DNA from: Octopus vulgaris
Taxonomy: Eukaryota
DNA: 64,000 nucleotides
Assembly (NCBI GenBank): GCA_951406725.2
Contig: OX597818.1
Location: 138,012,001 to 138,076,000 of the forward strand
Direction: 5' to 3'
Shown piece by piece: positions 40,505 to 54,773 of the stretch (position 1 is its first letter; each line of letters starts with the position of its first letter). The notes under the pieces were generated by a model. That model saw only the letters and a list, made by a program, of their open reading frames with translations. It was not told the DNA's origin and searched no databases. Position numbers and translations under genes: made by a program.

Positions 40505-40892
40505 AGAGGCGCAATGGCCCAGTGGTTAGGGCAGCGGACTCACGGTCATAGGATCGCGGTTTCGATTCCCAGACCGGGCGTTGTGAGTGTTTATTGAGCG
40601 AAAACACCTAAAAGCTCCACGAGGCTCCGGCAGGGGATGGTGGTGATCCCTGCTGTACTCTTTCACCACAAACTTTCTCTCACTCTTACTTCCTGTTTCT
40701 GTTGTACCTGTATTTCAAAGGGCCGGCCTTGTCACTCTCTGTGTCACGCTGAATATCCCCGAGAACTGCGTTAAGGGTATATGTGTCTGTGGAGTGCTCA
40801 GCCACTTACACGTTAATTTCACGAGCAGGCTGTTCCGTTGATTCGGATCAACCGGAACCCTCATCGTCGCAACCGACGGAGTGCTTCCATCC
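40505..40892 (+). mobile_element. SINE family A with TSD
   Basis: TSD ATTG(T/C)GTTTGTG at 40492-40503 and 40893-40904. Confidence 0.92.
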
Positions 40893-41829
40893 ATTGCGTT
40901 TGTGATTTTGTATATCATTCCTATTGTTGCTACTTTCTTACTTCAGAATCTTTTCTTTCTCTTTATTAAAAATTGAAATAAGAATTTCGTTTACAGACAC
41001 CATACATAGTTGATAACTGTCCTGTTTAATCCTCTCGCTCACTCTCGCTGTCCCTCTCTCTTTATCTCTCTATTTCTAACAATCTCTCTTCCTCTCACTA
41101 TCTCTTTCTCTCATTCGCTCACTCAATTTGACATCATATGACTACCCACGCATACACGTACGCATGTATCCTTATATATATGTATGTTTGTATGTATGTA
41201 TGTATGTATGTATGTATGTATGTATGTATGTATGTATGTATGTATGTATGTATGGATGGATGTATGTATGTATGTTTGTATGTATGTATGTATGTATGTA
41301 TGTATGTATGTATGTATGCATGTGTATAAGCGTGTATGTGTGTGCATGAGTATGGAAGTGTGTGCGTATCATTGCGGTTAGTATGTATATAGAAATATAT
41401 ATATATATAAACAAATTTACATTCATACATACATGCATACATACATATGTACATACATAAATAAATACATACATACATAGATGTATATACACATGCAAAC
41501 ACATACATAGATGCATACATTCATACGTACATACATACATACATATATATATACATATATACATGCGTACATAAATACATACATACATATATACATACAT
41601 AAATACATACATACATAGATGTATATACACATGCAAACACATACATAGATGCAGACATTCATACGTACATACATACATACATACATACATACATGCATAC
41701 ATACATATTTACATACGTACATATATACATACATAAATAAATACATACATACATGTATATACACATGCAAACACACATAACTGCATACATTCATACGTGC
41801 ATACATACATACATACATACATACATACA

Positions 41830-41860
<31 letters not shown>

Positions 41861-42365
41861 GTTCCTACACAAGAAAACTAATCAATACAAACCGCTAAAC
41901 GAATGCAACGTCACCATCATTAACAACAACAACAACAAAAACAACAACAACAACAACAACAGCAGCAGCAGCAGCGACATTGGAATCGACAGTGTAGTCT
42001 TTACATGAAGAGATGTGAAGAATTCATTAAAGTTTCAAGGGTTTATTTAGACAGACATGAAGATTTTAACGTAAGGACATTAAGAATGGTAAAGAACCCT
42101 GAAGATTCTTGAAATGAATTTTGGTTTTTCATAAACTGTTGGATATCGTTCTTTTTTAATAATTTTGCAGGGTTTTTGAAAAATTTTATTTCTCCCCCCA
42201 CCCACCCACACTCACACACACTCACACACACACCGCCCATTCACACACATGCGGATATACAGAGGCACAAGTAGACATACACTATGTCTACAGACTGTGG
42301 ACACACACCTATGCATAGATACATTCTTACATAGAAAAATGCGTATAATAATGTAGAGAGATAGA

Positions 42366-42474
<109 letters not shown>

Positions 42475-42498
42475 TGACAGACAGATAGATTGAGTGAT

Positions 42499-42584
<86 letters not shown>

Positions 42585-43075
42585 ATGTATGTAGATAGAG
42601 ATAGAGAGTGAGAGAGAGACTGACAGACATCAGACAGACAGGCAGTCAGACAGGCAGTCAGACAGACAGACAGACAGACAGATAGATAGATAAGTAGACA
42701 TACTAACAGATAAATAGATTGATAGTGTTTATATATATATATATATATAAAATGGTTGGATTGACGTATGCCTCAATCAGTTTATCTATCTATCTATCTA
42801 TCTGTCTGTCTGTCTGTCTGCCTGTCTGTCTGTCTGTTTGTATGCAGTTGTGTACATATAAACCGCAAATGGCGCGTGATCATATTCAATTATGTGTTTA
42901 TACGCATGTATACAAGTATGTTCGTATGTATTTACGTATGTCTAGGCATATAGGTATCTAGGTATATTTAAGTAAATGTGTCTGCATGCACGTGCATGCG
43001 TATGCGTGTCTACGAGTATGCGTGTCTGTGCGTATATATCTATACTCATGTAACTCTGTAAGTATATATAGTGTC

Positions 43076-43126
<51 letters not shown>

Positions 43127-44285
43127 TTTTTTAATTGCGAGGCTTTAACTATTTAAATATACATACACAGAGCAAGAGACCAGGGTATACACACATACAC
43201 GCGCGCGGACACACACACACATACACATACACACACATACACACAATCACACACATATGCATACAAACACACGCATGTTCTCGTAAACACGCACATTCGA
43301 GTATACACATAGACGCACATACAGGCAAGCGCGCACAAACACTCCATACTTTTGTCTTTTCGTTCATTTTGAACTAACAGAATCTAAATGAAAATGAGTC
43401 GCAGCGATGAAACATAACCTCCCACCACACACACACACACACACACACACATACATATACACACACACACACACATACATACACACATACACACATCGCT
43501 ACCCCCACATTACTACATGAATAACTTATAAGATGAAATTTTATTAAAGAAATAAAAGGCAAGACTGCCAGTGTACACCCACCACTTTTGCATCAAAAAT
43601 CAAAATCACGTGGATACATACATGTATACACATACACACATACACACACACACGCACGCGTACGCACACACACACACACACACACTCAAACACAGACACA
43701 CACACACATACCTACATACACGTATACTCTTGCATTCACATAAATTTAATAAAAAAAAGATGTACTGATGTGAAAGGGAAACCAGCTGAATAATTTATTG
43801 CAAGGAACAGTTTGAAAGAAATGTAGAGATATTGTGTTTAAATGGCAATATTTATTTTAAGTCTTTATTATTGTACAAAGAGTGAGGTGTTTGTAATGCG
43901 GTGAGCAAGGAATAGAAGTGGTTGTGGTGTGAGTGGAGGTTTTGATTTAGATTTTGAGTAGAGGAATTTTAGTGGAGTATGAGTGGAGAAAATCATTGTA
44001 GGGGTATGAGTAGAAGTTTGATTTTTGATCTTGAGTAGAAGAATGTTTCGTGGAGTATGAGTTGAGGAAGTTGTAGAAGAGTCTGAGTAGGGGAATCTTG
44101 TGACTGAGTGAGCCAGGGGTGTAGTGAGAGTGTGTTCTGCTTGGAGTGACCCTTACATTTTCCCCCACCTCCGTTTTCTGCCCGTCGTCTTCTATACAGG
44201 TTTATACGGCAGACCCAAAATTGTCGCGTCTATTAACGCCTTGTGCAGTGACAGACCGCACCTATCGTCTCCCCACATGTTAGGA

Positions 44286-44673
44286 GGAAGCACTCCGTCG
44301 GTTACGACGACGAGGGTTCCGGTTGATCCGATCAACGGAACAGCCTGCTCGTGAAATTAACGTGTAAGTGGCTGAGCACTCCACAGACACGTGTACCCTT
44401 AACGTAGTTCTCGGGGATATTCAGCATGACACAGAGAGTGACAAGGCCGGCCCTTTGAAATACAGGTACAACAGAAACAGGAAGTAAGAGAAGAGTGAGA
44501 GAAAGTTGTGGTGAAAGAGTACAGCAGGGATCACCACCATCCCCTGCCGCAGCCTCGTGGAGCTTTAGGTGTTTTCGCTCAATAAACACTCACAACGCCC
44601 GGTCTGGGAATCGAAACCGCCATCCTACGACCGCGAGTCCGCTGCCCTAACCACTGGGCTATTGCGCCTCCAC
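44286..44673 (-). mobile_element. SINE family A with TSD
   Basis: TSD CCCCACATGT at 44271-44280 and 44674-44683. Confidence 0.92.
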
Positions 44674-44883
44674 CCCCACATGTAGGCTCAGAATGAGCAA
44701 AGGAATTTTGTAGAGCATGAATTCAGTTGGAATGTAATTTGTGAGCAAAGAAAATTTGTGGAAATCTGTTGTGCTAAAAAATGTTTCAAGAGTATGGCGT
44801 GAAGGTCAAAATGAGCTAGTCTGTTTAATAAAGCAAATAGATGTGAGCTGATCTGGTTTGAGTAGTGAAAGCCTAAGGTGTCA

Positions 44884-45271
44884 ACTATAGTAGAAGACAC
44901 CTGCCCAACGTGCCACGCAGTGGGACTGAACCCGGAACCATGTGGTTGGTAAGCAAGCTACTTACCACAAGCTACGCACAGAATTTGAGAAAGAGCTACA
45001 AATAGTTGCATGCTGTAGAGATAGAATAATATTGCAGGTTTATATAACATGATATGTGTCTCCAAGCAATCCTTCAGGCTCTGTACAGTTAGTCCTATTT
45101 AGAAACCAGGACGAGAAAACATGAGAAAAAAAAGAGAAGACGTAGACGTAAAAAATTGGAAGAAAAGAAAAAGAAAAGAAGCAAGACCCCTTTCTTTGTA
45201 CTATTGGTAGCTCTTTTTAAAATTCTGTATATCAAATTATATTTATCTCTTACTGGATGGAGTACTTTTTG
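44884..45271 (-). repeat. Inverted copy of 46665-47092
   Basis: Reverse-complement match including non-repetitive DNA (e.g. GTACTATTGGTAGCTCTTTTTAAAATTCTGTATATC). Confidence 0.9.
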
Positions 45272-45421
45272 AGAAGTGAAAGCCTAGGGTGTGAACGGCT
45301 AAAGCGATAGCCGTAAGAATGTAAGAAGAGGTGTGAGATGCTTCAGGAGGGTGACATAGCTAATAAGACGAAGGGTAGGTATGTTTCAGTTAAAGATATC
45401 AGATATACTTCAAATATAATA

Positions 45422-45818
45422 CTAGCAGTATCGCCCGGCGTTGCTCGGGTTTGTAAGGGAAATAACTATATAAGCATTTTTAGAGAGTTATAGCCCAAAA
45501 ATAGCAAAAAAATGCATTAAAAATGGAAAACAAATGACGGTAAATTTTTTTTAAATCGTTGACTCATCGTAGACATTTTTAGAGAGTTACTTCCCTTATA
45601 TAATAGCGAAAAAAATTCATTAAATGGAGAAAAAATTATGGTAATTTTTTTTTAAATCGTAGACTCATCGTAGATGCGCGCTAATACCCAGAAGGGCTCG
45701 ATATGAATCACGACTATAAGATACCCGGTTTTGGTTAAACTGCACCGCAAAATGTGGGAGTAGTTAGGAATCTAAATCGTAGGAGACAGACACACAACCT
45801 TACTTTTATATATAAAGA
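45422..45818 (-). mobile_element. Complete non-autonomous Helitron
   Basis: On minus strand A|TC...hairpin...CTAG|T; matches 34704-35094. Confidence 0.92.
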
Positions 45819-47001
45819 TATATGCGTGAGTGTATGTGTGTATGTGTGTATAATACACACACATGCGTGCACACAAACATACACACACATACACACACAA
45901 ATACACACACGTATGATGGTGGCTTCGATTTCTGGATGGAATGGTGAGCTCTGGTCTTGAGCAAAACACTTCATCTCAGGTTGCTCCAATAATAAGTTCA
46001 AGCAGAAGCTGGTAAGTTAACACTGCGCCGGACTAGCGTCTTGTCCAGGGAGGAAATTTTGTCATTGAAGTCAATTACACGGCATAGAAACTGAGTGAAA
46101 TTTCAGCCTCTATCTTTCTTAGGGATTAGAACAGACCCGAACTGTGTAGAAACTCATATTTATAAACTTTTAAAATGCATTTGGATGAATAAAGATACGC
46201 ACGCTCAGACGCACACACACGCATATCTTTATTTTTCTTTGTCTCTCTTTTGCCTTCCTCCCTCTCTTCTCCCTCTTTCACTCCCTGATACTTTACTTCT
46301 TCCTTCGTTCTGACATTCTATCTGTCTTTCTCTCATCTCCAGTCCTTCGAGGCACTTTCATTTTCTTTTGAGTCTCCGTCATGCGGCTGCACGGCTTCTT
46401 ATTATTTTTTTATTGTATATGTATAATTCATTTTGTTGTGTTCGTTTCCGTCATTTTTCCGTGTGTTCTCTACTTATTCCCAGTGGCTTTTTCGCCACTA
46501 GCGCCACCAAAAGTGAACAATATCAACGTTAAAAGCGCGAAATTGTAAGCATTATTTGGACGTTGATTGATGAAGAATTATCTACGAATTTTCTGTTTAT
46601 TATGCTTTTGTAAAATATTCCGTATTTTATGTTTTTGTTAAATTTTCGTTATTGATAGGATTAACAAAAAGTACTCCATTCAGTGAGAGATAAATATCAT
46701 TCGATATACAGAATTTTAAAAAGAGCTACCAATAGTACAAAGAAAGGGGTCACAAATCTTGTTTCCTTTATTTTTCTTTCCTTTCTTTTCATTCCAGTTT
46801 TCTACGTCTATATTCTTCTCGTTTTTTTCTTCTCTCTCGTGTTTTCTCGCACACTAGCGTCCTGGTTTCTAAATAGGACTAACTGTCTATACAGAGCCCC
46901 ATGGATTGCTTGGAGACACATATCATGTTATACAAACCTGCAATATTATTCTATCTCTACGGCATGAAACTATTAGTAGCTCTTTTTCAAAATCTGTGCG
47001 T

Positions 47002-47206
47002 GACTGTGTGGTAAGTAGCTTGCTTACCAACCATATGGTTCTGGGTTCAGTCCCACACCGTGGCACGTTGGTCAACTGTCTTCTACTATAGTCTTAGGCC
47101 GACCAAAGCCTTTTGCGTGGATTTGTTAGACGGAAACTGAAAGAAGCCCGTCGTATATATGTGTGTATATATATATATATATGTGTATATATATATACAT
47201 ATATAT

Positions 47207-47267
<61 letters not shown>

Positions 47268-47556
47268 TGTATGTATGTATGCATGTATGTATGTATGTAT
47301 GTATGTATGTATGTATGTATGTATGTATGTATGTATGTGTGTGTATGTTTATTTGTGTTTGTCCTCCCAACACCGCTTGACAACAGATGATGGTATGTTT
47401 ACGTCCCCGTAACTTAGCGGTTCGGCAAACGAGATCCAATAGAATAACTACTACGCTTACAAAGAATACGTCATGAGATCGATTTGCTCGACTAAAGGCG
47501 GTGCTCCAGCATGGCCACAGTCAAATGACTGAAACAAGTAAAAGAGTAAAAGAGTA
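47002..47556 (+). mobile_element. SINE family B, diverged
   Basis: Head, internal (TA)/(ATGT) tract, tail GGCGGTGCTCCAGCATGGCC. Confidence 0.88.
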
Positions 47557-47560
47557 TATA

Positions 47561-47615
47561 TAACTTAGATAAATTTAGATATGTTTCGACCAAAGATTGG
47601 CCCGAGCCAATAGAT
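47561..47615 (-). mobile_element. 3' tip of the CR1-group LINE family seen at 61588-62950
   Basis: RC CCAATCTTTGGTCGAAACATATCTAAATTTATCTAAG matches 62904-62941. Confidence 0.75.
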
Positions 47616-47734
47616 CCATTTATTTCGGTAAGTATATTATTATTCACGAATATACCAGTACCACCGCCCCTGAGGGTAATATTCTCTGAGAACGCATAAA
47701 ATCCCAAGACATATCCAAACTCAAGGTATATCTT

Positions 47735-47811
47735 GAGTTTGTTGCACTGATGAGCATAGAATGCATATTCTGCATTAATTGCGAAATCATAGGTGATATG
47801 TAACTAAATTC
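47735..47811 (+). ncRNA. Type I hammerhead ribozyme (predicted)
   Basis: Stem I GUUGCA/UGUAAC (extendable GAGUUU/AAAUUC), CUGAUGA 47747-47753, stem II GCA/UGC, GAAA 47783-47786, stem III AUCA-UAGG-UGAU, cleavage triplet AUA (after 47798). Confidence 0.75.
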
Positions 47812-48054
47812 TTTTTTTTAAATGACTTGCTTTGAAGTTTTGCATTCGGTAAAATTTGTTTATTTTAGTAGTTTTGACCGCAAGGGTCACTCTTAGCGTG
47901 AGGTATCTACGAATAGTAGTACCCTCTATATAATATAAATAAATATTTTCAAAGTGGAAAAATTTACGGATTTTTTCTCTTACGAGGTTTTTCACGCTAA
48001 CTACTGATAATTTCTTATAAAGATTTTATCCTCAATTTTAAATTTATATATATA

Positions 48055-48119
<65 letters not shown>

Positions 48120-49275
48120 GAAAGAATGGAGTCGAACGACGATTTAACAAAATTCCTTTATTCTCGAAGACTGCATATTCTTAATTCCGAAGGAATAAAG
48201 GGTGCATTATGCCGTCTTCTCATCAGGAAAGACAAGGAACTTATGTCAGTATCATGACGAACAAAAACTTTTAGATGACTGCCCACACGGAGTCCATAGT
48301 GATAAAAAACACACAAATTTCCACACGAAAGCACGTGATCTCTGCCCTTGGCATGTAGCTTCAACCGTGCTTTCTGACGTAAATTTGCTACCCGGGTATC
48401 AGTTAACCGAATTATCCATACTAAGATAATTCATTCAACTACTTAAATATATAATAAACTTGGCTTATTCGGAATTTACAACCGATAGGCAGTACCTGTA
48501 GTCACTTGAGGGACATCTATCTATCAGTCTGTCTATCTATCTATCTAGCTAGCTAGCTAGCTATCCATTTATAAGTTATATATATATATATACGACGGGT
48601 TTCTTTCAGTTTCCGTTTACCAAATCCACTGACAAGAATCTGGTCGGCCCGAGGCTGTAGCAGAGGACACTTGTGCAAAACCCGAAACCATGTGGCTGGT
48701 AAGCAAGCTACTTATCACACAGCCACTCCTCTGTATGAATACACATATGGATGTATACATTCGTACATATTTACATACGCACAGACGGACATATATAAAC
48801 ATATGCTAATGCATTCCTACATACATAATACATACATACATACATACATACATACATAAATACATACATACATACATACATACATACATACATACATACA
48901 TAAATACATACATACATACATAAATACATACATACATAATTACATTCATACATACATACATACGCATGTATCATACGTTTTTTTTTGCTCTTAACGTTTT
49001 GAAGTAGTTGTAGTAGTAATGGTGATGGTGGTGGTGGTGATGGTGGTGGTGCTAGTGGTGGTGGAGGCGGTGGTGGTGGTGATGGTGGTGGTGCTGGTGC
49101 TTGTTGTAGACATCGTCGTCATGATGGATGTCGGGATGACGTTAGTAGTCCATTTAACGTATATTTTGTCTACCTGTAGATGGTTCAATACCCCTAACCC
49201 TTCTCCTCTCTGATTTTTTCACCTCCCCCCTTTCCTCTCATTCATTCTCCTTCCTTCAATATCTTTCCTTTTCCA

Positions 49276-49445
<170 letters not shown>

Positions 49446-49801
49446 CATATATATATACATACATATATATATATATATTCCTCGGCATGCCGTCACATAA
49501 TTTCACACTTCATTAGCTCCTTCCCTTTCATTTCTAACAACATACGGAGGAATTCTCCCTCATTACTCACATGCAATCTAGCAAGCTTACATGCATACAT
49601 ACATACATACATGCACACGCACGCATGCACACATGCGCACACATTCACTTACACTTACAGAGAAGGCATGAGTCATGTATGAACGTTTGTATGAATATGT
49701 GCATGTATGCAAGCGTGTGTGTATGTGTGTATGTTTGAATGCGTGAATACATTTGTGCGTGCATCTTTGTGTATATTATATGTGTGTATTATGTATGTAT
49801 G

Positions 49802-49883
<82 letters not shown>

Positions 49884-51035
49884 CAGACAGACAGACAGAG
49901 TAAGAGACAGACAAGCAGCCAGACAGAAGGGAGAGAGGTAGGGGAGGGAATGAGAGAGAGGAGTATATAGAGCGATAGATAGATAGATAGATTGATTGAT
50001 ATATAGAGATATTAGCATACACAGAAGTTTGTGTGTGTGTGTGTATATATATGCGCGCGTGTGTGGATATATATATATATATAAATACATGTGCGTGCGT
50101 GTATTTATATGTGTGTGTATGTATGTATATATGTATGTATGTATGTATCTATCTATCTATCTATCTATCTATGTCGGTGTAGTATATCCACTACCCCCAA
50201 TGCAGATCACTACCATCATCAACATAGAACCATCAGTGCCACGCGCTCCGTCATCACCAGCATGAACAACAAGAACTAAAACGGCAAGCCATGGAGGAAA
50301 CAAATCACAGAGGAAGTTATTACATAGTCACCCGAAATGCTAGAAACACCAATCATATTCCACCTACCATATCCGTCCCTCTTAGAGAAAAAAATGGATA
50401 AATTTGATAACGTAGCCGTCGTTACAAATAAAACATCACCGAAATGCTTTTCGATGTAGGCTTCCTTGATAAGTTTAAGCTTAGAGTTGAACAATAGCAA
50501 CTAGAACGCTATTACTCTTTGATATTAACAAACGATGTTGTGATCGAAAGTGAACCACCTGGATTGTGGAACACCTGGATCCACTAGCAGACAGGAATTG
50601 ATTATGTCATTAACAACTATCAACAAGAAGCAACACACCTGAGCTGGACATGTCACAGGATTTTAGGAGGCATGACATCATTATTATCATTATCAAGGAC
50701 AAACACGGATAGAACACGGGCAGAACATGGACAGAAACACGTCTCACCGTTTAAGGACAACAGGTTGATGATACCGGCAAAAGAGTGGACATCAAATGAA
50801 TGGTCTCGATTGCAGGATTGACCAAAAATGAAACAATATGAATGTATCACTCGTCCCCTGAGATCTCCGTGCACAACACTGGCCGGAGATAGCTGTCGGT
50901 AAGCCGTATACAAGACAGAGTTCCTCTATAAGGAGTAATATTAAACCAGGAATGAATGAATGTGTAAATGAATAAATGAATGAAGACGTCAGTGACAACT
51001 ATGCAATATTCATTGAGATTTTTTTTTTTTACTTA

Positions 51036-51445
51036 GCGCAGGAGTGGCTGTGTGGTAAGTAGCTTGCTAACCAACCACATGGTTCCGGGTTCAGTCCCAC
51101 TGCGTGGCATCTTGGGCAAGTGTCTTCTGCTATAGCCCCGGGCCGACCAATGCCTTGTGAGTGGATTTGGTAGACGGAAACTGAAAGAAGCCTGTCGTAT
51201 ATATGTATATGTATATGTATGTATGTGTATGTGTTTGTGTGTCTGTGTTTGTACCCCTAGCATTGCTTGACAACCGATGCTGGTTTGTTTACGTCCCCGT
51301 AACTTAGCGGTTCGGCAAAAGAGATTGATAGAATAAGTACTGGGCTTACAAAAGAATAAGTCCTGGGGTCGAGTTGCTCGACTAAAGGCGGTGCTCCAGC
51401 ATGGCCGCAGTCAAATGACTGAAACATGTAAAAGAGTAAAAGAGA
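51036..51445 (+). mobile_element. SINE family B, full length
   Basis: Matches other B copies. Confidence 0.92.
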
Positions 51446-52021
51446 GAGAGAGAGCTATCAGGTGCAAGTGAGAAGGACCTGATAGCTTGTAATGTGCTAT
51501 TATTTATTGTTTTGGGAAAGTATGTAGTCTCAAGCTGATATAGACAGCCTCTCGACCCTTCCGTCGAGGATGTAACAGCAGGGGAGTGAGAAGAGAGGGC
51601 GACACCAGCAACTTCCTGGTCCTCATTTTCAGCTGAGTAGATCTGAACAACATGAAACGAAGTACCTTGTTTAAAGACACATCGCGCAGTCTGGTTCAGG
51701 AATCGAACCTCCAACTATACGATTATGACCCTGATACCCTAACTAAGTTACGTGCCTTATATGCTAATAAAACCCCTATATTTGTATATCTAAATGTTGT
51801 TTCGACAGAAACGTTACAGCCCTGCAGCATTTGCCTCGGGTGACTTTGTTCAAAGTTTTCTGTGGTCAGCTTTGCTTTTTATCTTCTTGGGGTAGACAAG
51901 TAAACCAGTCCAGGGCAGCGCCGGTTTGACAGCATTCTAGGTCCTGCACAAAGCAATACAATACGACCTAAAGTCATTGCGCTCTTGACACAAAGTCACA
52001 GTGAACATAGAATAATGTCGA

Positions 52022-52160
52022 GCTCTCTTAGGCCCGTGGGATAACTGCAGCTCTCTAAGACCCGTGGGATAGCTATAGCTCTCTAAGATCCGTGGGATAA
52101 CTGCGACTCTCTAAGACCCCTGGGATAAATGCGGCTCTCCTAAATCAGTGGGATAACTGC
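52022..52160 (+). repeat. 28-bp minisatellite, 5 copies
   Basis: Unit ~GCTCTCTAAGACCCGTGGGATAACTGCA. Confidence 0.9.
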
Positions 52161-52274
52161 TTGTGAGTGTGTGTATGTGTGTGTGTACGCGTGCGCGCGA
52201 GGATGTATGAGTGTATGAGAGAGAGAGAGACACACACACACACACACAAGTGGCTTAAAAGTGAAGGAAGAAAG

Positions 52275-52682
52275 TACTTTTACTCTTTTTTACTCTTTTA
52301 ATTGTTTCAGTCATTTGACTGCGGCCTTGCTGGAGCACTGCTTTTAGTCGAGCAACTCGACCCCGGGACTTATTCTTTGTAAGTCCAGTACTTATTCTAT
52401 CGGTCTCTTTTTGCCGAACCGCTAAGTGACGGGGACGTAAACACACCAGCATCGGTTGTCAAGCAATGCTAGGGGAACAAACACAAACACACATACATAT
52501 ATATATATATACATATATGCGACAGGCTTCTTTCAGTTTCCGTCTACCAAATCCACTCACAAGACATTGGTCGGCCTGGGGCTATAGCAGAAGACACTTG
52601 CCCAAGATGCCACGCAGTGGGACTGAACCCGGAACCATGTGGTTGGTTAGCAAGCTACTTACCACACAGCCACTCCTGCGCC
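52275..52682 (-). mobile_element. SINE family B, full length
   Basis: RC of 51036-51445. Confidence 0.92.
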
Positions 52683-53154
52683 TACTGATGGATAAGAAAT
52701 GACAATATTGTAGTCATTACACAGAGGCTCATGGAATGATAGAGTGGTGTACTGCCACGGGCCAGTGATCCGTCCAGGCGTAACTGTTAGATGCCTTCAC
52801 GGAATATAACGACTACTGACGACAAGCAAATGAAAAAACAGAAGGGGAAACCGAGGCTTTCTAATTATTTCTACTTTTCCATTTGAAAGAGAGAAGGGTT
52901 AAAAGATCAAATTAGGTCACTAAGTGAGGGGTGAGTGTAATATATGCGGATGATTAATGATATATGAGTGTATGTGTGCCTGTGTGTGCGTTGTGCGTGT
53001 TTATATGCACGTATAGACACACACATACGCATGTGTGTATATGCATATATATATACACACACCTAAATGTGAGTATATATACCTAATATGAATGAGAAGC
53101 AATCATATTAAATATATGATTGTACACACATTTACATATATATGTATGTATGCA

Positions 53155-53202
<48 letters not shown>

Positions 53203-53951
53203 TGTATGTGTGTATACACGTATATATGTATATATGTATACATATATAAAGAGTGAGATAGAGAGATGGACAGACTTAGATATTTATACACGCACATACA
53301 TGCACCCTACTCGTACATACGTACATATTTCTATACATGTATGAATATGTATATATGTTTGATGTATGTATGTATGTATGTATGTATGTATGTATGTATG
53401 TAGATAGGTAGGTAGGTAGGTAGGTAGGTATGTTTGTATTTTTGTATGTTTGTATGTATGTATGTATGTATGCATACAAATATGTATATATTGATTTCGA
53501 TGATTCATAACTACTCTGAGTTGCATTAGTGGGACATCAATCAGTCAACGAATGCTGAAAAACAAAATGCTGGCTCCAATCATTACTCGTTCCTGTTACA
53601 TTTCATATTGAAAGTTTTAGTACTCTTTTGTAACGGTGACAGAAATCAAATGCAAATAATTAACATAGGTTTGTCCGTAACATTCATGTGAAAGTCACTC
53701 CAAACAGAATCTAGCGTTTATTGCCACATTCTTAAGGCGATATTCGACAACTATTCGGGGAAATTATACTGGATTCATAGGACTCAACTTCATGATCAGA
53801 TCCAGTGATCACATGGGTGGCTTTGGATTTAAAATGAACGCCACCTCTCGCTCACAGTATGTTTGGAACTAAAGAGTAGTGATGGTAAAACAAACCAATA
53901 TACAGGAGTTTACAAAGTGTTGCACTACTCTACCATCAATGAGATAATATA

Positions 53952-53982
<31 letters not shown>

Positions 53983-54094
53983 GTACATATATATATATAT
54001 ATGTATGTATATATATGTATATATATATATATTTATGTGTGTATGTGTCTAAATAACAGTGAAATATTCTTCCCTTTCCTGAAACTTCCGCATT

Positions 54095-54316
54095 AAGCTG
54101 GTTACAACCCATCACTATATATGTATAGTGATAGATTGGTAGCCACTACTCACATTCTTTTTCTCTCCTTGCTTGTCTCCTTGTTTCTTTCTGCATTCCT
54201 TTCTGTAGAAGAGCGTAGGCTCGAAACGTAAAACACTTTTTCAATTCCTGAGCGTTATACTAATACATTTGTTTGTTTTCTACACTACGTCTTTTGTTTC
54301 TTTCGTGAATTCTCCC

Positions 54317-54317
<1 letters not shown>
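54095..54317 (+). mobile_element. Possible Penelope-like terminal remnant ending in (TA)n
   Basis: Contains GAAGAGCGTAGGCTCGAAACGT, a hammerhead-like core with non-canonical positions; no coding evidence. Confidence 0.35.
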
Positions 54318-54401
<84 letters not shown>

Positions 54402-54492
54402 GTATGTAAGTGCGTTTGTGTGGTTTCGTACATATACGCATACACCCACTTATGTATATATCTATAACTATAAATAGATAAATAGATAGATT

Positions 54493-54529
<37 letters not shown>

Positions 54530-54702
54530 GAGAAGAGAAATGAGAGAAGCGTAAGAACGGATACATACATACATAATTACATACATACGTACATACATAC
54601 ATACATACATACATACACACATACACACATACATACATACATACATACACACATAGGGACGAATACAAATAGCCATCTCCAGACAATTATAACTTTCCAC
54701 AC

Positions 54703-54773
<71 letters not shown>

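Noticed and set aside
42092-42130. Hammerhead at CTGAAGATTCTTGAAA
   Set aside because: No stem II or stem III pairing
48991-49188. Thr-rich mucin-like exon on the minus strand
   Set aside because: Mostly (GGT)n repeat; no convincing splice signals
52727-52850. Possible minus-strand terminal exon after a pyrimidine-rich acceptor (SLYSVKASNSYAWTDHWP...)
   Set aside because: Short, no recognisable homology and no partner exons; needs RNA-seq
54200-54240. Active hammerhead at GAAGAGCGTAGGCTCGAAACGT
   Set aside because: C3/U4 are not canonical and stem I does not pair; kept only as a decayed candidate
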